Shown here piece after piece: positions 36,852-46,273 of a stretch of DNA of 64,000 nt (its first letter is position 1; every line of letters begins with the position of its first letter). The notes below the pieces were generated by a model, which saw only the letters and a program-made list of their open reading frames with translations, did no database searches and was not told where the DNA came from. Source of the DNA: Massilia sp. S19_KUP03_FR1 (GTDB lineage: Bacteria; Pseudomonadota; Gammaproteobacteria; Burkholderiales; Burkholderiaceae_D). Made by a program: the position numbers and the translations under genes. The stretch covers positions 2,013 to 66,012 of the forward strand of contig NZ_JAQQPS010000007.1 in assembly GCF_036688685.1 (NCBI RefSeq). The letters run 5' to 3'.

Positions 36852-39800
36852 TCAAGGGACAAGGCGTCCGTCAGAACCGGATTTCCCCTTCTTTTCCTGA
36901 TTCTGCAGCATCGCCCGCAGCACGGCCGCGACAACCGGCGCCGCGTGGTCGCCGCCGCTCGCCTCCGAGTGGCTGACGAACGTGGCGAACCCCAGCCGGT
37001 GGCGCTGGCCGGGCAGGCTGCCCGGCTCCAGCCAGCCAGTGAACCAGACCGTGGCGGTGGCGCCATCGCTGCCCGAGGCCGGCCCGGTTGGCGCGGTGCC
37101 GGTCTTGCCCGACAAGCCGCGCCGCACCAGCGCCAGTTCCGGCGCCCCGAAAGCATGGGCCGCCGTGCCGACGTCGACCACGCCCTTCATGCCGGCGCGG
37201 ATCCGGTCCAGCCGCACGCCCGTCGCGGGCGCGTCGGCGGCGACTGCCGGCCGGCCATCGAGGGCCAGCAACAGGCGTGGGGCCGGGATGCGTCCCTGCC
37301 CGACAGCGGCGGCGGCCAGCGCCATCTGCAACGGCGTGGCCTGCATGCGCAGTCCAATGGCCATCTGGCGCAGTTCGTGGCGCGAGTGGATCGGGTCGAT
37401 ATGGGCAGCGCTGGTCTGCAAGGCATCCCACGCCGACCAGTTGAAATCATCAGGCAACAGGCCGCCATCGAGGCGCAGCTGCCGCTCGAAGCCGAGCCGG
37501 TGCGCCATGGCGACAATCGGCCGCACGCTCTCGAGCGCCGCCGGCTCAAGCCCGGCCAGGTCGGGGGCGCCGCCGGCGCCGCGTCCGAACAGGCTGCGGT
37601 CGGACAGCTCGCCGGTCCAGGCGAACCAGGTATTCAAACTCCAGGTCAGCGCCTGCGCCATGCCAAGGCGCCCATCCTGGGCGCGCCGGCCCGCCAGCTG
37701 CTCGCGGTAGTTGGTGATGCGCGCCTGCCTGACGGCCGGGTCCCACGGATAGGCCGGCGCGTCGGTCTGAAAGGCGAAGCCGCGCGAGCGCGCCAGCCGG
37801 TCGATTTCTGCCAGCGGTATGCCATTCATGAGCGCGTCGAGTTGCGGGTCGCGCTGCGCGGCCAGCTCCAGGCCGAGCGCGCTGATCACCTTGAAGCTTG
37901 ACCCCGGACTCCGGTGGGCGCCGCCATCGTGCTGCAGCGCCGGCAGGCGCAAGGGACTGCGGGCCGGATCGAGCCGGTCGAAGTCGCGCACCTCGGCCCA
38001 GTTGGCGGCGTCGACCTGGCCCGTGCCGGCGCCAGCGGCAGCCAGCACGTCGCCGGTTTCCGTGTCAAGGATAACCATGCCGGCGTGGCGGCCGTCCGGC
38101 GCCGCCATGCCACCCGTGCAATGGCTGCCGTCCCAGCGGCCGCGGCGCATGCCAATGCAATCGAGCGCGCCCTGGCTGGCCGCCTGCAGCGCCAGGTCGA
38201 GCGTCAAGGTGGCGGCATGCGCGCCGCCGTCGCCCACCCGCCCCAGCATGCCCGCAATGCTGTTGGCCTGGTCGGCGCGGTAGCCCAGCAGCGGCGCCAG
38301 CCCCGCCGCGCTGGCAGCGGCGCTGGGTGCGCCGTCGCGCCACAAGGCGGCGCCGTTGCGGTCGACCAGGGTCACTGGCGCCAGGCTGGCGCGCGCCACG
38401 GTCGGGCGCGCAGCCATGCTTTGCCAGGCCAGTTTGCCCCCGGCCAGGCCGATGTGGCGGTAAGCCGCGTCGCCCGGCGCCGCCAGCGTTTGCATGGGCG
38501 CCACGTCCAGCCGCACGCTGGTGGCACCCGGCAGCAGCCCGAGGCGCAGTTCCTGGGCCGCATCGGCTGCCGGACACGCGCGCCCGGTGCAGGCCGGCTC
38601 GCTGGCCAGCAGCCGCGCGCCTGCTACCGAACCGACGCCACCGAGCACTATCAGGCGCAAGATTTCCGTGCCTTGCGCCGGCTGCGCCAGCGTGTAGGTC
38701 AAGCGCGCCGGGCCGGACCCGGGCCAGTCCTGGATCCGGCGCCAGGCATCCCAGCCCTGCGGCAGCTGGGCGAACAGGCGGGCGGCAGCGGCCGGCATCG
38801 TCTGCGCAACGGTGGCGGGCGCGCCACCCACGCTCGCTTGCCAGGTGCCGGCCAGCGCCTGCGGGCGCGTGCGCCATGCCAGCAGGCGCCGCTCACTATT
38901 AAACAGTTCCACCTGGGCGCGCACGAAATCGCCGTCGGCGCGGTGGTACAGCCGTTCGAGGCGTTTCAATGCGGCTGGATCGAGCGCCGTGTGCTCCCAA
39001 CCGGCCAGCGCTGCGGCGCGCGCCGGCCCGGGCGCTGCGCGCCATGCGGCCAGGTCGCGCGGCGCCAGCATGATCAGGCCATCGGGGCCCAGGCGCAGCA
39101 GGCCGCCGGCGACCAATTGCGCGAACAAGGCCTGGTCTTCCAGCGCCGGCGCGGCCACCACCGGCACCTGGTAGCGCCCGGCCGGCAGCCAGGCAGTGTC
39201 GGTGACGGCGCCGTACGCCATCACCAGCGCCCGGCCCGCTAGCGCCGCCGCGGGACGCAGCAACTGCACCTGCAACTCGCCCGCGGCCGCACAGCTGGCA
39301 CTGGCCCGGCGCTGCAGGCGCAGCGCCGCAGTTTGCCCGCCCGTCGTCCACAGCAGCCAGCCGTCGCGCCCGAGCGGCACCGATGCCGCCGCGCCCGACA
39401 CGATGCGGCCGGCGCCGGCGTCGCCGATCCAGTGTACATTCTCCACCCCGGCCACGCCTTCCCAGCGCAGCCGCGCGGCCTTCGCCACGCCACTTACTTC
39501 CACCCGCGGCGTCAGCGCGCCGGGCGCAGCCAGCACCACATTGCGCGGCGTGACACTGGTGCTGCCCGATGCATTGCGCGCGACCCACGCCGCGACATCG
39601 CTGAACTGGTAACCGAGGCGCAGCGGCAGCAGGCGCCCGGTCGCGCTGTCGGCCATCTGGCTGCACAGGTCGATCCGCAGCGGCGCCTCGCTGCGCATGT
39701 TCGACGCAATCAGCAATGCCGCCGCGCCGCGCTGCTCGAGCGTGATGCCGGGCATGGCGGCGACCGTGAAGGCGGCGCCGGGCAAGGTGGCGTGGAAGGC

Positions 39801-40097
39801 GGCGGCCGCGTACACGCCCTCGACCGCGCCCACGGGTCCGGCCGTCACCGACAGATGGCGCGCGTGACCGGCGATGACGAACGCGCCGGCGAGCGCACCG
39901 AGGACGCTGGCGGCGGCGATCCATTCAGCGGGACGTGGCGCCCGCAGCCGCGCCAGCCTGAAGCGCGGCGCACTGCCCTGCAGCGCCGGCGCGGTGTCGG
40001 CGCGGCGGGCGCCATGGCGCAGGTTGCGCGCGCGCCGCCCCGCGGTCCGGCTGGCGCGCCACGCTTCGAACACTGTCCTCGATCCCCGCATGTGCAT
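36852..40097 (-). CDS. Large membrane-anchored penicillin-binding-protein-like transpeptidase (1081 aa) with about 650-aa N-terminal domain of unknown function
   Basis: N-terminal TM helix. C-terminal transpeptidase motifs in the correct order: SxxK (SSFK), SxN (SLN) and KTG (KTGT). Confidence 0.75.
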   Translation of the reverse strand: MHMRGSRTVFEAWRASRTAGRRARNLRHGARRADTAPALQGSAPRFRLARLRAPRPAEWIAAASVLGALAGAFVIAGHARHLSVTAGPVGAVEGVYAAAAFHATLPGAAFTVAAMPGITLEQRGAAALLIASNMRSEAPLRIDLCSQMADSATGRLLPLRLGYQFSDVAAWVARNASGSTSVTPRNVVLAAPGALTPRVEVSGVAKAARLRWEGVAGVENVHWIGDAGAGRIVSGAAASVPLGRDGWLLWTTGGQTAALRLQRRASASCAAAGELQVQLLRPAAALAGRALVMAYGAVTDTAWLPAGRYQVPVVAAPALEDQALFAQLVAGGLLRLGPDGLIMLAPRDLAAWRAAPGPARAAALAGWEHTALDPAALKRLERLYHRADGDFVRAQVELFNSERRLLAWRTRPQALAGTWQASVGGAPATVAQTMPAAAARLFAQLPQGWDAWRRIQDWPGSGPARLTYTLAQPAQGTEILRLIVLGGVGSVAGARLLASEPACTGRACPAADAAQELRLGLLPGATSVRLDVAPMQTLAAPGDAAYRHIGLAGGKLAWQSMAARPTVARASLAPVTLVDRNGAALWRDGAPSAAASAAGLAPLLGYRADQANSIAGMLGRVGDGGAHAATLTLDLALQAASQGALDCIGMRRGRWDGSHCTGGMAAPDGRHAGMVILDTETGDVLAAAGAGTGQVDAANWAEVRDFDRLDPARSPLRLPALQHDGGAHRSPGSSFKVISALGLELAAQRDPQLDALMNGIPLAEIDRLARSRGFAFQTDAPAYPWDPAVRQARITNYREQLAGRRAQDGRLGMAQALTWSLNTWFAWTGELSDRSLFGRGAGGAPDLAGLEPAALESVRPIVAMAHRLGFERQLRLDGGLLPDDFNWSAWDALQTSAAHIDPIHSRHELRQMAIGLRMQATPLQMALAAAAVGQGRIPAPRLLLALDGRPAVAADAPATGVRLDRIRAGMKGVVDVGTAAHAFGAPELALVRRGLSGKTGTAPTGPASGSDGATATVWFTGWLEPGSLPGQRHRLGFATFVSHSEASGGDHAAPVVAAVLRAMLQNQEKKGKSGSDGRLVP

Positions 40098-40273
40098 CCC
40101 GTCGCTGTTGTTCCTGCAAGCGAGCTAGCCGGGGGCGCCTGAAACCAGGCTCGCCCCGCGCTTTTTGCATCCTGTTCCGCCCATTCGGCGGCCCGTCGCA
40201 ATCCGGTGTTGTGGCAAGGGGAGCAAGCCTAAAGTGAACACATCGAAACACCCCCAACCCAAGGAGAAACACC

Positions 40274-40513
40274 ATGAATGCACTGAAACATATGGAAGCC
40301 GTTTTCGTCATCGCCCTGTCGGTTGCCAGCGTCAGCGGCTACCTGGCCGCCACCACGCAGGACGCCAACGCGAGTCCGGCGCCGGTCGTCAGAGATGCAC
40401 AGGTGGCGCCACAAATGGCCGTCGTCAACGTTGTCGCGAAACGCTTGAGCGCCGCCGAGAAGGCGCAGTCGCTGCGTGAAGAAGCCGCTGCCACCGTCGT
40501 CGCGAGCCGCTGA
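40274..40513 (+). CDS. Small secreted hypothetical protein (79 aa)
   Basis: SD AAGGAG, signal peptide. It is followed by the perfect palindrome GCAAGGCGGCG/CGCCGCCTTGC. Confidence 0.5.
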   Translation: MNALKHMEAVFVIALSVASVSGYLAATTQDANASPAPVVRDAQVAPQMAVVNVVAKRLSAAEKAQSLREEAAATVVASR

Positions 40514-40525
40514 TGGCGGGCCCGG

Positions 40526-40547
40526 GCAAGGCGGCGCGCCGCCTTGC
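40526..40547 (+). terminator. Candidate terminator hairpin
   Basis: 22-nt perfect GC-rich palindrome followed by a T-rich stretch (CATTCTGTTT). Confidence 0.35.
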
Positions 40548-40648
40548 GCACATTCTGTTTCAAATGTAAGCACATGCATCACTTCTGCCCTGTCCGCACA
40601 TCGCTTGTTATATTCGATGCATCCACTTCGGACAAGGAGACAGACATC

Positions 40649-41131
40649 ATGAAACGCACCCTCACACTCGCTGCCTTGCTGGCCCTCGGCTCAGCCGCTT
40701 TCGCACCATTGCCAGCAATGGCCCAGCCCAACATCAGCGTCTACGTCGGTGGCCCGCCGCCACCGCCGCGCTTCGAGCGCGTGCCTGAGGCCCGTCGTGG
40801 TCATATCTGGTCGCAGGGCCATTGGGAATACCGCGGCCGCCGCCATCAATGGGTGCCGGGCGTCTGGATTGTCGAGCGCCCGGGCTATGCCTACGCGGCG
40901 CCGGTCTGGTACGAGGAGCGCGGGCGCTGGCAGATGCGTCCGGCCGCATGGTCGCGCGGTGGCCCTGACCGTGACCGCGACGGCATCCCGGACCGCTTCG
41001 AGCGCCCACGCCACGGCGGCGACCGCGACCGCGACCACGATGGCGTACCGAATCGCTACGACCGCGACCGCGATGGCGACGGCGTCCCGAACCGCCACGA
41101 CCGCCAGCCGGACAACCCGCGCCGCGACTAA
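40649..41131 (+). CDS. Secreted WXXGXW/YXWGXW-repeat protein with C-terminal thrombospondin-type-3-like Asp-rich calcium-binding repeats
   Basis: SD AAGGAG. Signal peptide. HIWSQGHWEYRGRRHQWVPGVW and WYEERGRWQMRPAAW repeats. DRDRDGIPD, DRDHDGVPN and DRDGDGVPN repeats. Confidence 0.7.
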   Translation: MKRTLTLAALLALGSAAFAPLPAMAQPNISVYVGGPPPPPRFERVPEARRGHIWSQGHWEYRGRRHQWVPGVWIVERPGYAYAAPVWYEERGRWQMRPAAWSRGGPDRDRDGIPDRFERPRHGGDRDRDHDGVPNRYDRDRDGDGVPNRHDRQPDNPRRD

Positions 41132-41148
41132 ACGGATAAACTGGCGGG

Positions 41149-41808
41149 ATGAACGATAACGTCCTGCTGGCTCTCTCTTACAAAACCGAACGCGCCGCCA
41201 GCCGGCGCCTGATGGCCAGCGGGCTGTCGGAACACGAGGCCCTGCACCAGACGCTGACCATCAGCGCCGGGCGCCAGGGCCTCGACGCATTGCTGACCCA
41301 GCGTGCGGCCTTGCAGCAGCACGCGCAGGTGCGCGCGGACGCCAGAGCCGCCGCGCAAGCGCTGCGCCGCAGCGCGCCGGCCAGCACGGCCACACCGTGG
41401 CGCGCCTGGTTCGACGGCTCGGCGCACCCGAATCCCGGTCGCTGCGGCATCGGCGCCCTGCTGCACGGGCCCGACGGCCAGCGCATCGAGGTGGCGCAGG
41501 CGGCCGGTTACGGCAATAGCAGTGAAGCCGAGTACCGCGCCTTGATCACCCTCCTGCAAGCGGCCGTCGCCCACGGCGCGAATGGCCTGACCGTGTACGG
41601 CGACAGCCGCGTCGTCATCGACGATGTGGCGCTGCCGCCGCACCTGGCCGCGCCGTCGCTGCTGCCCCTGCACGCTGCCGCCCGCGCCTTGCTGGCGCAG
41701 CTGGACGACGTCCGCCTGCGCTGGATTCCCCGCCACAAAAACGTCGATGCCGATGCCTTGTCACAGCGCGGCAGCGCCATGCACCTCGAGAGCCCCGATG
41801 GAAACTGA
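41149..41808 (+). CDS. RNase H type-1 fold protein with N-terminal extension
   Basis: AWFDGSAHPNPGRCGIG (DxS), EAEYRAL (E), VYGDSRVVI (D) and RWIPRHKNVDADALS (H...D) motifs. Confidence 0.7.
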   Translation: MNDNVLLALSYKTERAASRRLMASGLSEHEALHQTLTISAGRQGLDALLTQRAALQQHAQVRADARAAAQALRRSAPASTATPWRAWFDGSAHPNPGRCGIGALLHGPDGQRIEVAQAAGYGNSSEAEYRALITLLQAAVAHGANGLTVYGDSRVVIDDVALPPHLAAPSLLPLHAAARALLAQLDDVRLRWIPRHKNVDADALSQRGSAMHLESPDGN

Positions 41809-42478
41809 ACCACGACCGGCCGACTGGCTGCCCCGCCTGGTGGCGATTGCCAGCGCCGCCAGCGGCGACGACGCCGCTCACGATCTGCAACACCTGCAGC
41901 GGGTCTGGTCCAGCGCGCAGCTGTTGTTGGCCCGTGCACCCGGGGCGGATGCGCTGGTCGTCATGGCCGCCTGCTTCCTGCACGACCTGGTGAACCTGCC
42001 GAAAGATGCACCGGACCGCGCCCAGGCGTCGAAGCGCTCGGCGCAACTGGCGCGCCACCAGTTGGCCTGGCTGGGCTTTCCGGCCGATAAACTGGACGCA
42101 GTGGCGCATGCCATCGAAGCGCACAGTTTTTCGGCGGCAATAACACCCACCACGCTCGAAGCCCAGCTTGTGCAGGACGCCGACCGGCTCGACGCGCTCG
42201 GCGCGGTTGGCCTGGCGCGCATGTTTTATATTTCCGGACGGCTGGGGCGCGCGCTTGCGCACCCGACGGACCCGCTCGCGCTGCACCGCCCGCGCAACGA
42301 CATGGCGTATGCACTGGACCATATCGAGGAAAAACTGGCGCAATTGCCGGCCATGATGCAGACGGCGGCAGGACGGGAACTGGCGCAGGAACGCTTGCAG
42401 TTGATGCTGGCGTTCCGGGACGCGTTTGTGGCCGAATGGTCGCAAGCACATTCGCCTGCCCAGCCCTCTGATCACTGA
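41798..42478 (+). CDS. HD-domain phosphohydrolase
   Basis: HDL...DADRLDALGA HD motif. ATG at 41798 overlaps the RNase H stop by 11 nt. Confidence 0.7.
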   Translation: METEPRPADWLPRLVAIASAASGDDAAHDLQHLQRVWSSAQLLLARAPGADALVVMAACFLHDLVNLPKDAPDRAQASKRSAQLARHQLAWLGFPADKLDAVAHAIEAHSFSAAITPTTLEAQLVQDADRLDALGAVGLARMFYISGRLGRALAHPTDPLALHRPRNDMAYALDHIEEKLAQLPAMMQTAAGRELAQERLQLMLAFRDAFVAEWSQAHSPAQPSDH

Positions 42479-42484
42479 CCAGCG

Positions 42485-43726
42485 ATGACCAAATCCGCCC
42501 CCAACCTCAACTTCGTCCTGGTCTGCGTCTTCATCGACATGCTGGGCATCGGCCTGATCGTCCCCGTGTTACCCCTGCTGGTCGGCGACTTCGTCGACGG
42601 CCGCGAGCAGCAGGCGCTGTGGTTCGGCGTGCTGTCGATGGTATTCGGGCTGATGCAGTTCATTTTCATGCCCATGTTGGGAGCAATCAGCGACCGGGTC
42701 GGGCGCCGCCCCGTGCTGATGTATTCGATGGCTGGCATGTGCATCAATTTTCTCGCCACGGCCTGGGCGCCGAATCTGGCCTGCCTGTTCATCGGCCGCG
42801 TGATCGGCGGCGCGTCGTCAGCCAGCATGGCCGTGGCTTCGGCCTACGCGTCCGACATCACGGCCCATGACAACCGGGCGCGCAGCTTCGGCATGATCGG
42901 CGCGGCCTTCGGCCTGGGGTTTATCTGCGGCCCGGCGCTGGGCGGCCTGCTCGGCAGCGTCAACCTGCACCTGCCCTTTTATGTGGCAGCGGGCCTGTCG
43001 GCGGCCAATCTCGCCTACGGCTACCTGTTCGTGCCCGAATCGCTCGCGGCCAGCCGGCGTGCACCGTTCGACCTGCACAAGATCAATCCTTTCACAGCCC
43101 TGCTGAAACTGGTGCGCCGCCGGGATATCCGCGGCCTGGTGGTGGTCTACACCCTCACCACGTTCGCCGCCATGATGCTCAATGTGACCTGGGTGCTGTA
43201 CACCACGTTCCGCTTCGACTGGACCCCGCGCGAGAATGGCATCGCGCTGTTTTGCGTCGGCCTGTCGGCAGCCGTGGTGCAGGCCGGCCTGCTGTCCTGG
43301 CTGATGCGGCGCTTCGGCGAGGTGCGCCTTTCTCTGCTGGGCATGGCGTCGGGCGCCATCACTTACGTCCTGTACGGCCTGGCCACCCAGGGCTGGATGA
43401 TGTACCTTTTCATCGTCTGCAACCTGCTGGCGTTTGCCGCCGGCCCGGCGCTGCAGGGCATCATCTCGAAAGCATCGGGCCCCGACGAACAGGGAGAGCT
43501 GATGGGTTCACTGCAATCGATCAGCAGCCTGGGCGTGGTTGTCATGCCGCTGATCGGCACCACCATCCTCGGCGCGGTGAGCCATTTGCCGCCCGCCGAC
43601 TGGCGCGTGGGCAGCACCTTCTTCCTGTGCGCGTTGATGCAGGCGGCCGGCATCTGGGTCGCGCGGCGCTATTTTGCGGCGCACCATCGCGCCGCTACAG
43701 CCACGCCAACGGCGACGCCCCCCTGA
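42485..43726 (+). CDS. MFS transporter, TetA/TCR-like drug-proton antiporter family
   Basis: 12 TM. N-terminal LGIGLIVPVLP and GAISDRVGRRPVL motifs typical of TetA-class MFS. Confidence 0.8.
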   Translation: MTKSAPNLNFVLVCVFIDMLGIGLIVPVLPLLVGDFVDGREQQALWFGVLSMVFGLMQFIFMPMLGAISDRVGRRPVLMYSMAGMCINFLATAWAPNLACLFIGRVIGGASSASMAVASAYASDITAHDNRARSFGMIGAAFGLGFICGPALGGLLGSVNLHLPFYVAAGLSAANLAYGYLFVPESLAASRRAPFDLHKINPFTALLKLVRRRDIRGLVVVYTLTTFAAMMLNVTWVLYTTFRFDWTPRENGIALFCVGLSAAVVQAGLLSWLMRRFGEVRLSLLGMASGAITYVLYGLATQGWMMYLFIVCNLLAFAAGPALQGIISKASGPDEQGELMGSLQSISSLGVVVMPLIGTTILGAVSHLPPADWRVGSTFFLCALMQAAGIWVARRYFAAHHRAATATPTATPP

Positions 43727-43780
43727 ATCCGGGTATTTCACCGCTATAATGTTGGATCGCCATCGTTTGAGGTTCGCGCC

Positions 43781-44629
43781 GTGTCTGATCGCCTGAAAGT
43801 ATTACCGCAGTACCTGATGCCCAAGCAGGCCATGACGGCGTTCGCCGGCCGCGTTGCCGGCGCGAAGGGCGGCGCGCTGACGACCCGCCTGATCCGCTGG
43901 TTCGTCGGCAAATACGGCGTCAACATGGACGAAGCGGCCAATCCCGACATCGCCAGCTACGCCAGCTTCAACGCATTTTTCACGCGCCCGCTGCGCGCGG
44001 GTGCGCGACCGCTGGCCAAGGCGCCGTTCATCTGCCCGGTGGACGGCGCCATCAGCCAGTTCGGCGCAATCGACGACCACCAGATTTTCCAGGCCAAGGG
44101 CCACACCTTCAGCACCGCGGAACTGGTCGGCGGCGACCAGACGCTGGCAGCGCATTTCCAGCACGGCAGCTTTGCCAACCTGTACCTGAGCCCGAAGGAT
44201 TACCACCGTCTGCACATGCCGTGCGACGGCCGCCTGACGCGCATGATCTACGTGCCCGGCAAACTGTTTTCGGTGAACCCGACCACCGCGCGCGGCGTGC
44301 CCGGCCTGTTTGCCCGCAACGAGCGCGTGGTGTGCGTGTTCGACTCGCCCGAACACGGCCCGTTTGTGCTGGTGCTGGTCGGCGCGACCATCGTCGGCAG
44401 CATGGCCACCGTCTGGCACGGCGTGGTCAACCCGACCCGCACGGGCGCCGTCGCCGAGTGGACCTACGCAGACCAGAACATCGTGCTGAAAAAAGGCGAC
44501 GAGATGGGCCGCTTCCTGCTCGGCTCGACCATCGTCATGCTGTTCCAGGCCGACACCGTCCGCTTCAATCCGGCCTGGCAGCCGGAAGGCAGCGTGCGCC
44601 TGGGCGAGGTCATGGGCACCAACACGTAA
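43781..44629 (+). CDS. psd: Phosphatidylserine decarboxylase proenzyme
   Basis: Full-length Psd conservation including the LGST self-cleavage site (LLGSTIV) near the C-terminus. Confidence 0.9.
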   Translation: MSDRLKVLPQYLMPKQAMTAFAGRVAGAKGGALTTRLIRWFVGKYGVNMDEAANPDIASYASFNAFFTRPLRAGARPLAKAPFICPVDGAISQFGAIDDHQIFQAKGHTFSTAELVGGDQTLAAHFQHGSFANLYLSPKDYHRLHMPCDGRLTRMIYVPGKLFSVNPTTARGVPGLFARNERVVCVFDSPEHGPFVLVLVGATIVGSMATVWHGVVNPTRTGAVAEWTYADQNIVLKKGDEMGRFLLGSTIVMLFQADTVRFNPAWQPEGSVRLGEVMGTNT

Positions 44630-44635
44630 ACCGCG

Positions 44636-45556
44636 TCAGACCGGCAGGCCGGCCTTGCGGGCTTGCTCGCAGCCCATCTCTTCCATCATGTCGAGGAATA
44701 CCCGGGTTTTGGCGGGCATCAGGCGCCGCCCCGGGAACACCGCCCAGCCGATCGCCACCGGCAAATCCCATTCGGGCAAGATGCGCACCAATTCGCCCTT
44801 GTCCACGTGGGGGCCGGCAAACAGGTCGGAGCTGGCCGCGATGCCCACGCCATTACACGCCATGCGCGCCAGCACTTCGGGCGAGTTGGCGGTCAGGCGC
44901 GCGCGCAGGCTGCGCTCCCAGGTTGTCTTGCCGCGGGTGAGCGTCCAGGGCATGGCGCCGCCGGACCGGCTCAGAATGCACAGCAAATCGTGGTTCAGCA
45001 AATCATCGGGCTGCTCCGGCAAGCCGCGCAAGCCGATGTAGGAAGGCGCGGCGTACAGGGCCAGTTTTTCGACGATGACCCGGCGTGCCGACAGGCTCGA
45101 ATCGTCCGGCAGGTCGCCCATGCGGATCGCAATGTCAAAATTTTCCGCCACCAGGTCGACCCGGCGCGGCGACAGATCGAGTTCCAGACTGACCAGCGGA
45201 TACTTGGCCAGGTAGCGCGCCATCACGCCGCCCATGCTCAGGTTGGCCAGGTCGGCCGGCATCGAGATGCGCAGGCGCCCGCTCGGCGCCACTTGCCGGT
45301 GCTGGGCCAGCGCGCCGGCGGCCTCCACTTCATCGGCCACCTTGCGCGCGTGCTCGAGCAAGCTGGCGCCGAACTCGGTCACCATCAGCTTGCGGGTAGT
45401 GCGCTGCAGCAGGCGCTCGCCGAGCGTGGCTTCGAGCAGGGCCAGGCGGCGCGACACGGTCGACTTTGGCAAGTCGACGCGCAAGGCCGCCTGCGTAAAG
45501 CTGCCGGTCTCGACGATCCGGGCAAACAGCAATAAATCGTTCGGTTCGATATCCAT
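44636..45556 (-). CDS. LysR-family transcriptional regulator
   Basis: N-terminal HTH LLLFARIVETGSFTQAALRVDLPKSTVSRRLALLE. Divergent from azoR. Confidence 0.85.
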   Translation of the reverse strand: MDIEPNDLLLFARIVETGSFTQAALRVDLPKSTVSRRLALLEATLGERLLQRTTRKLMVTEFGASLLEHARKVADEVEAAGALAQHRQVAPSGRLRISMPADLANLSMGGVMARYLAKYPLVSLELDLSPRRVDLVAENFDIAIRMGDLPDDSSLSARRVIVEKLALYAAPSYIGLRGLPEQPDDLLNHDLLCILSRSGGAMPWTLTRGKTTWERSLRARLTANSPEVLARMACNGVGIAASSDLFAGPHVDKGELVRILPEWDLPVAIGWAVFPGRRLMPAKTRVFLDMMEEMGCEQARKAGLPV

Positions 45557-45583
45557 CGATTGTCCCACTGTGCGAATAATGTT

Positions 45584-45610
45584 ATCCATATTATGCTCTA
45601 CCGGATGGAT
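45584..45610. promoter_or_regulatory. LysR-type binding site (T-N11-A palindrome) in the divergent intergenic region
   Basis: ATCCAT-N15-ATGGAT inverted repeat between the LysR gene and azoR. Confidence 0.45.
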
Positions 45611-45663
45611 TTTGGAACTGATAAAGTCTACCCGTCGCAGTTCCATTTACCCAAGGAAATTAA

Positions 45664-46263
45664 ATGAACATTTTGCAAATCAATTCCAGCGCCCGCAGCA
45701 GCGGTTCCGAATCGACCCGCCTGGCCGACGCCATCGTCGCCAAGCTGAGCGCCGCCAATGCTGGTGCGCAAGTCACCCGCCGCGACCTGGCCGCCGCACC
45801 GCACCCGATCCTGGACGAAGCCGCGCTGGGCGCCCTGTTCACCCCGGCTGACGCCCGCACCGAAGCGCAAAACGCGCGCGTGGCGCTGGACATGGCGCTG
45901 GTCGCCCAGGTGCAGGCTGCCGACGTCATCGTCATCGGCGCGCCGATGTACAACTTCGGTATGACCGTGCAATTGAAGGGCTGGTTCGACGCCATCGCCA
46001 AGGCCGGCGTGACGTTCCAGTACGGCGCCAACGGCCCTGAAGGCCTGTTGACCGGCAAAAAAGTCTACGTGACCCTGTCGCGCGGCGGCATGCACAAGAA
46101 CGGCGCTTCCGACGCGCTGGTACCGCACCTGAAAACCCTGCTCGGCTTCCTCGGCATGACCGATGTCACGCTGATTTACGCGGAAGGCCTGGGCATGGGT
46201 CCGGAAGCCGTCGCCAAAGCGCAGGCCGAAGCCGACGCCGAAATCGCCGCGCTGGCAGCGTAA
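45664..46263 (+). CDS. azoR: FMN-dependent NADH-azoreductase
   Basis: MNILQINSS... GAPMYNFG... full-length AzoR similarity. Confidence 0.85.
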   Translation: MNILQINSSARSSGSESTRLADAIVAKLSAANAGAQVTRRDLAAAPHPILDEAALGALFTPADARTEAQNARVALDMALVAQVQAADVIVIGAPMYNFGMTVQLKGWFDAIAKAGVTFQYGANGPEGLLTGKKVYVTLSRGGMHKNGASDALVPHLKTLLGFLGMTDVTLIYAEGLGMGPEAVAKAQAEADAEIAALAA

Positions 46264-46273
46264 GGAGAACCTT

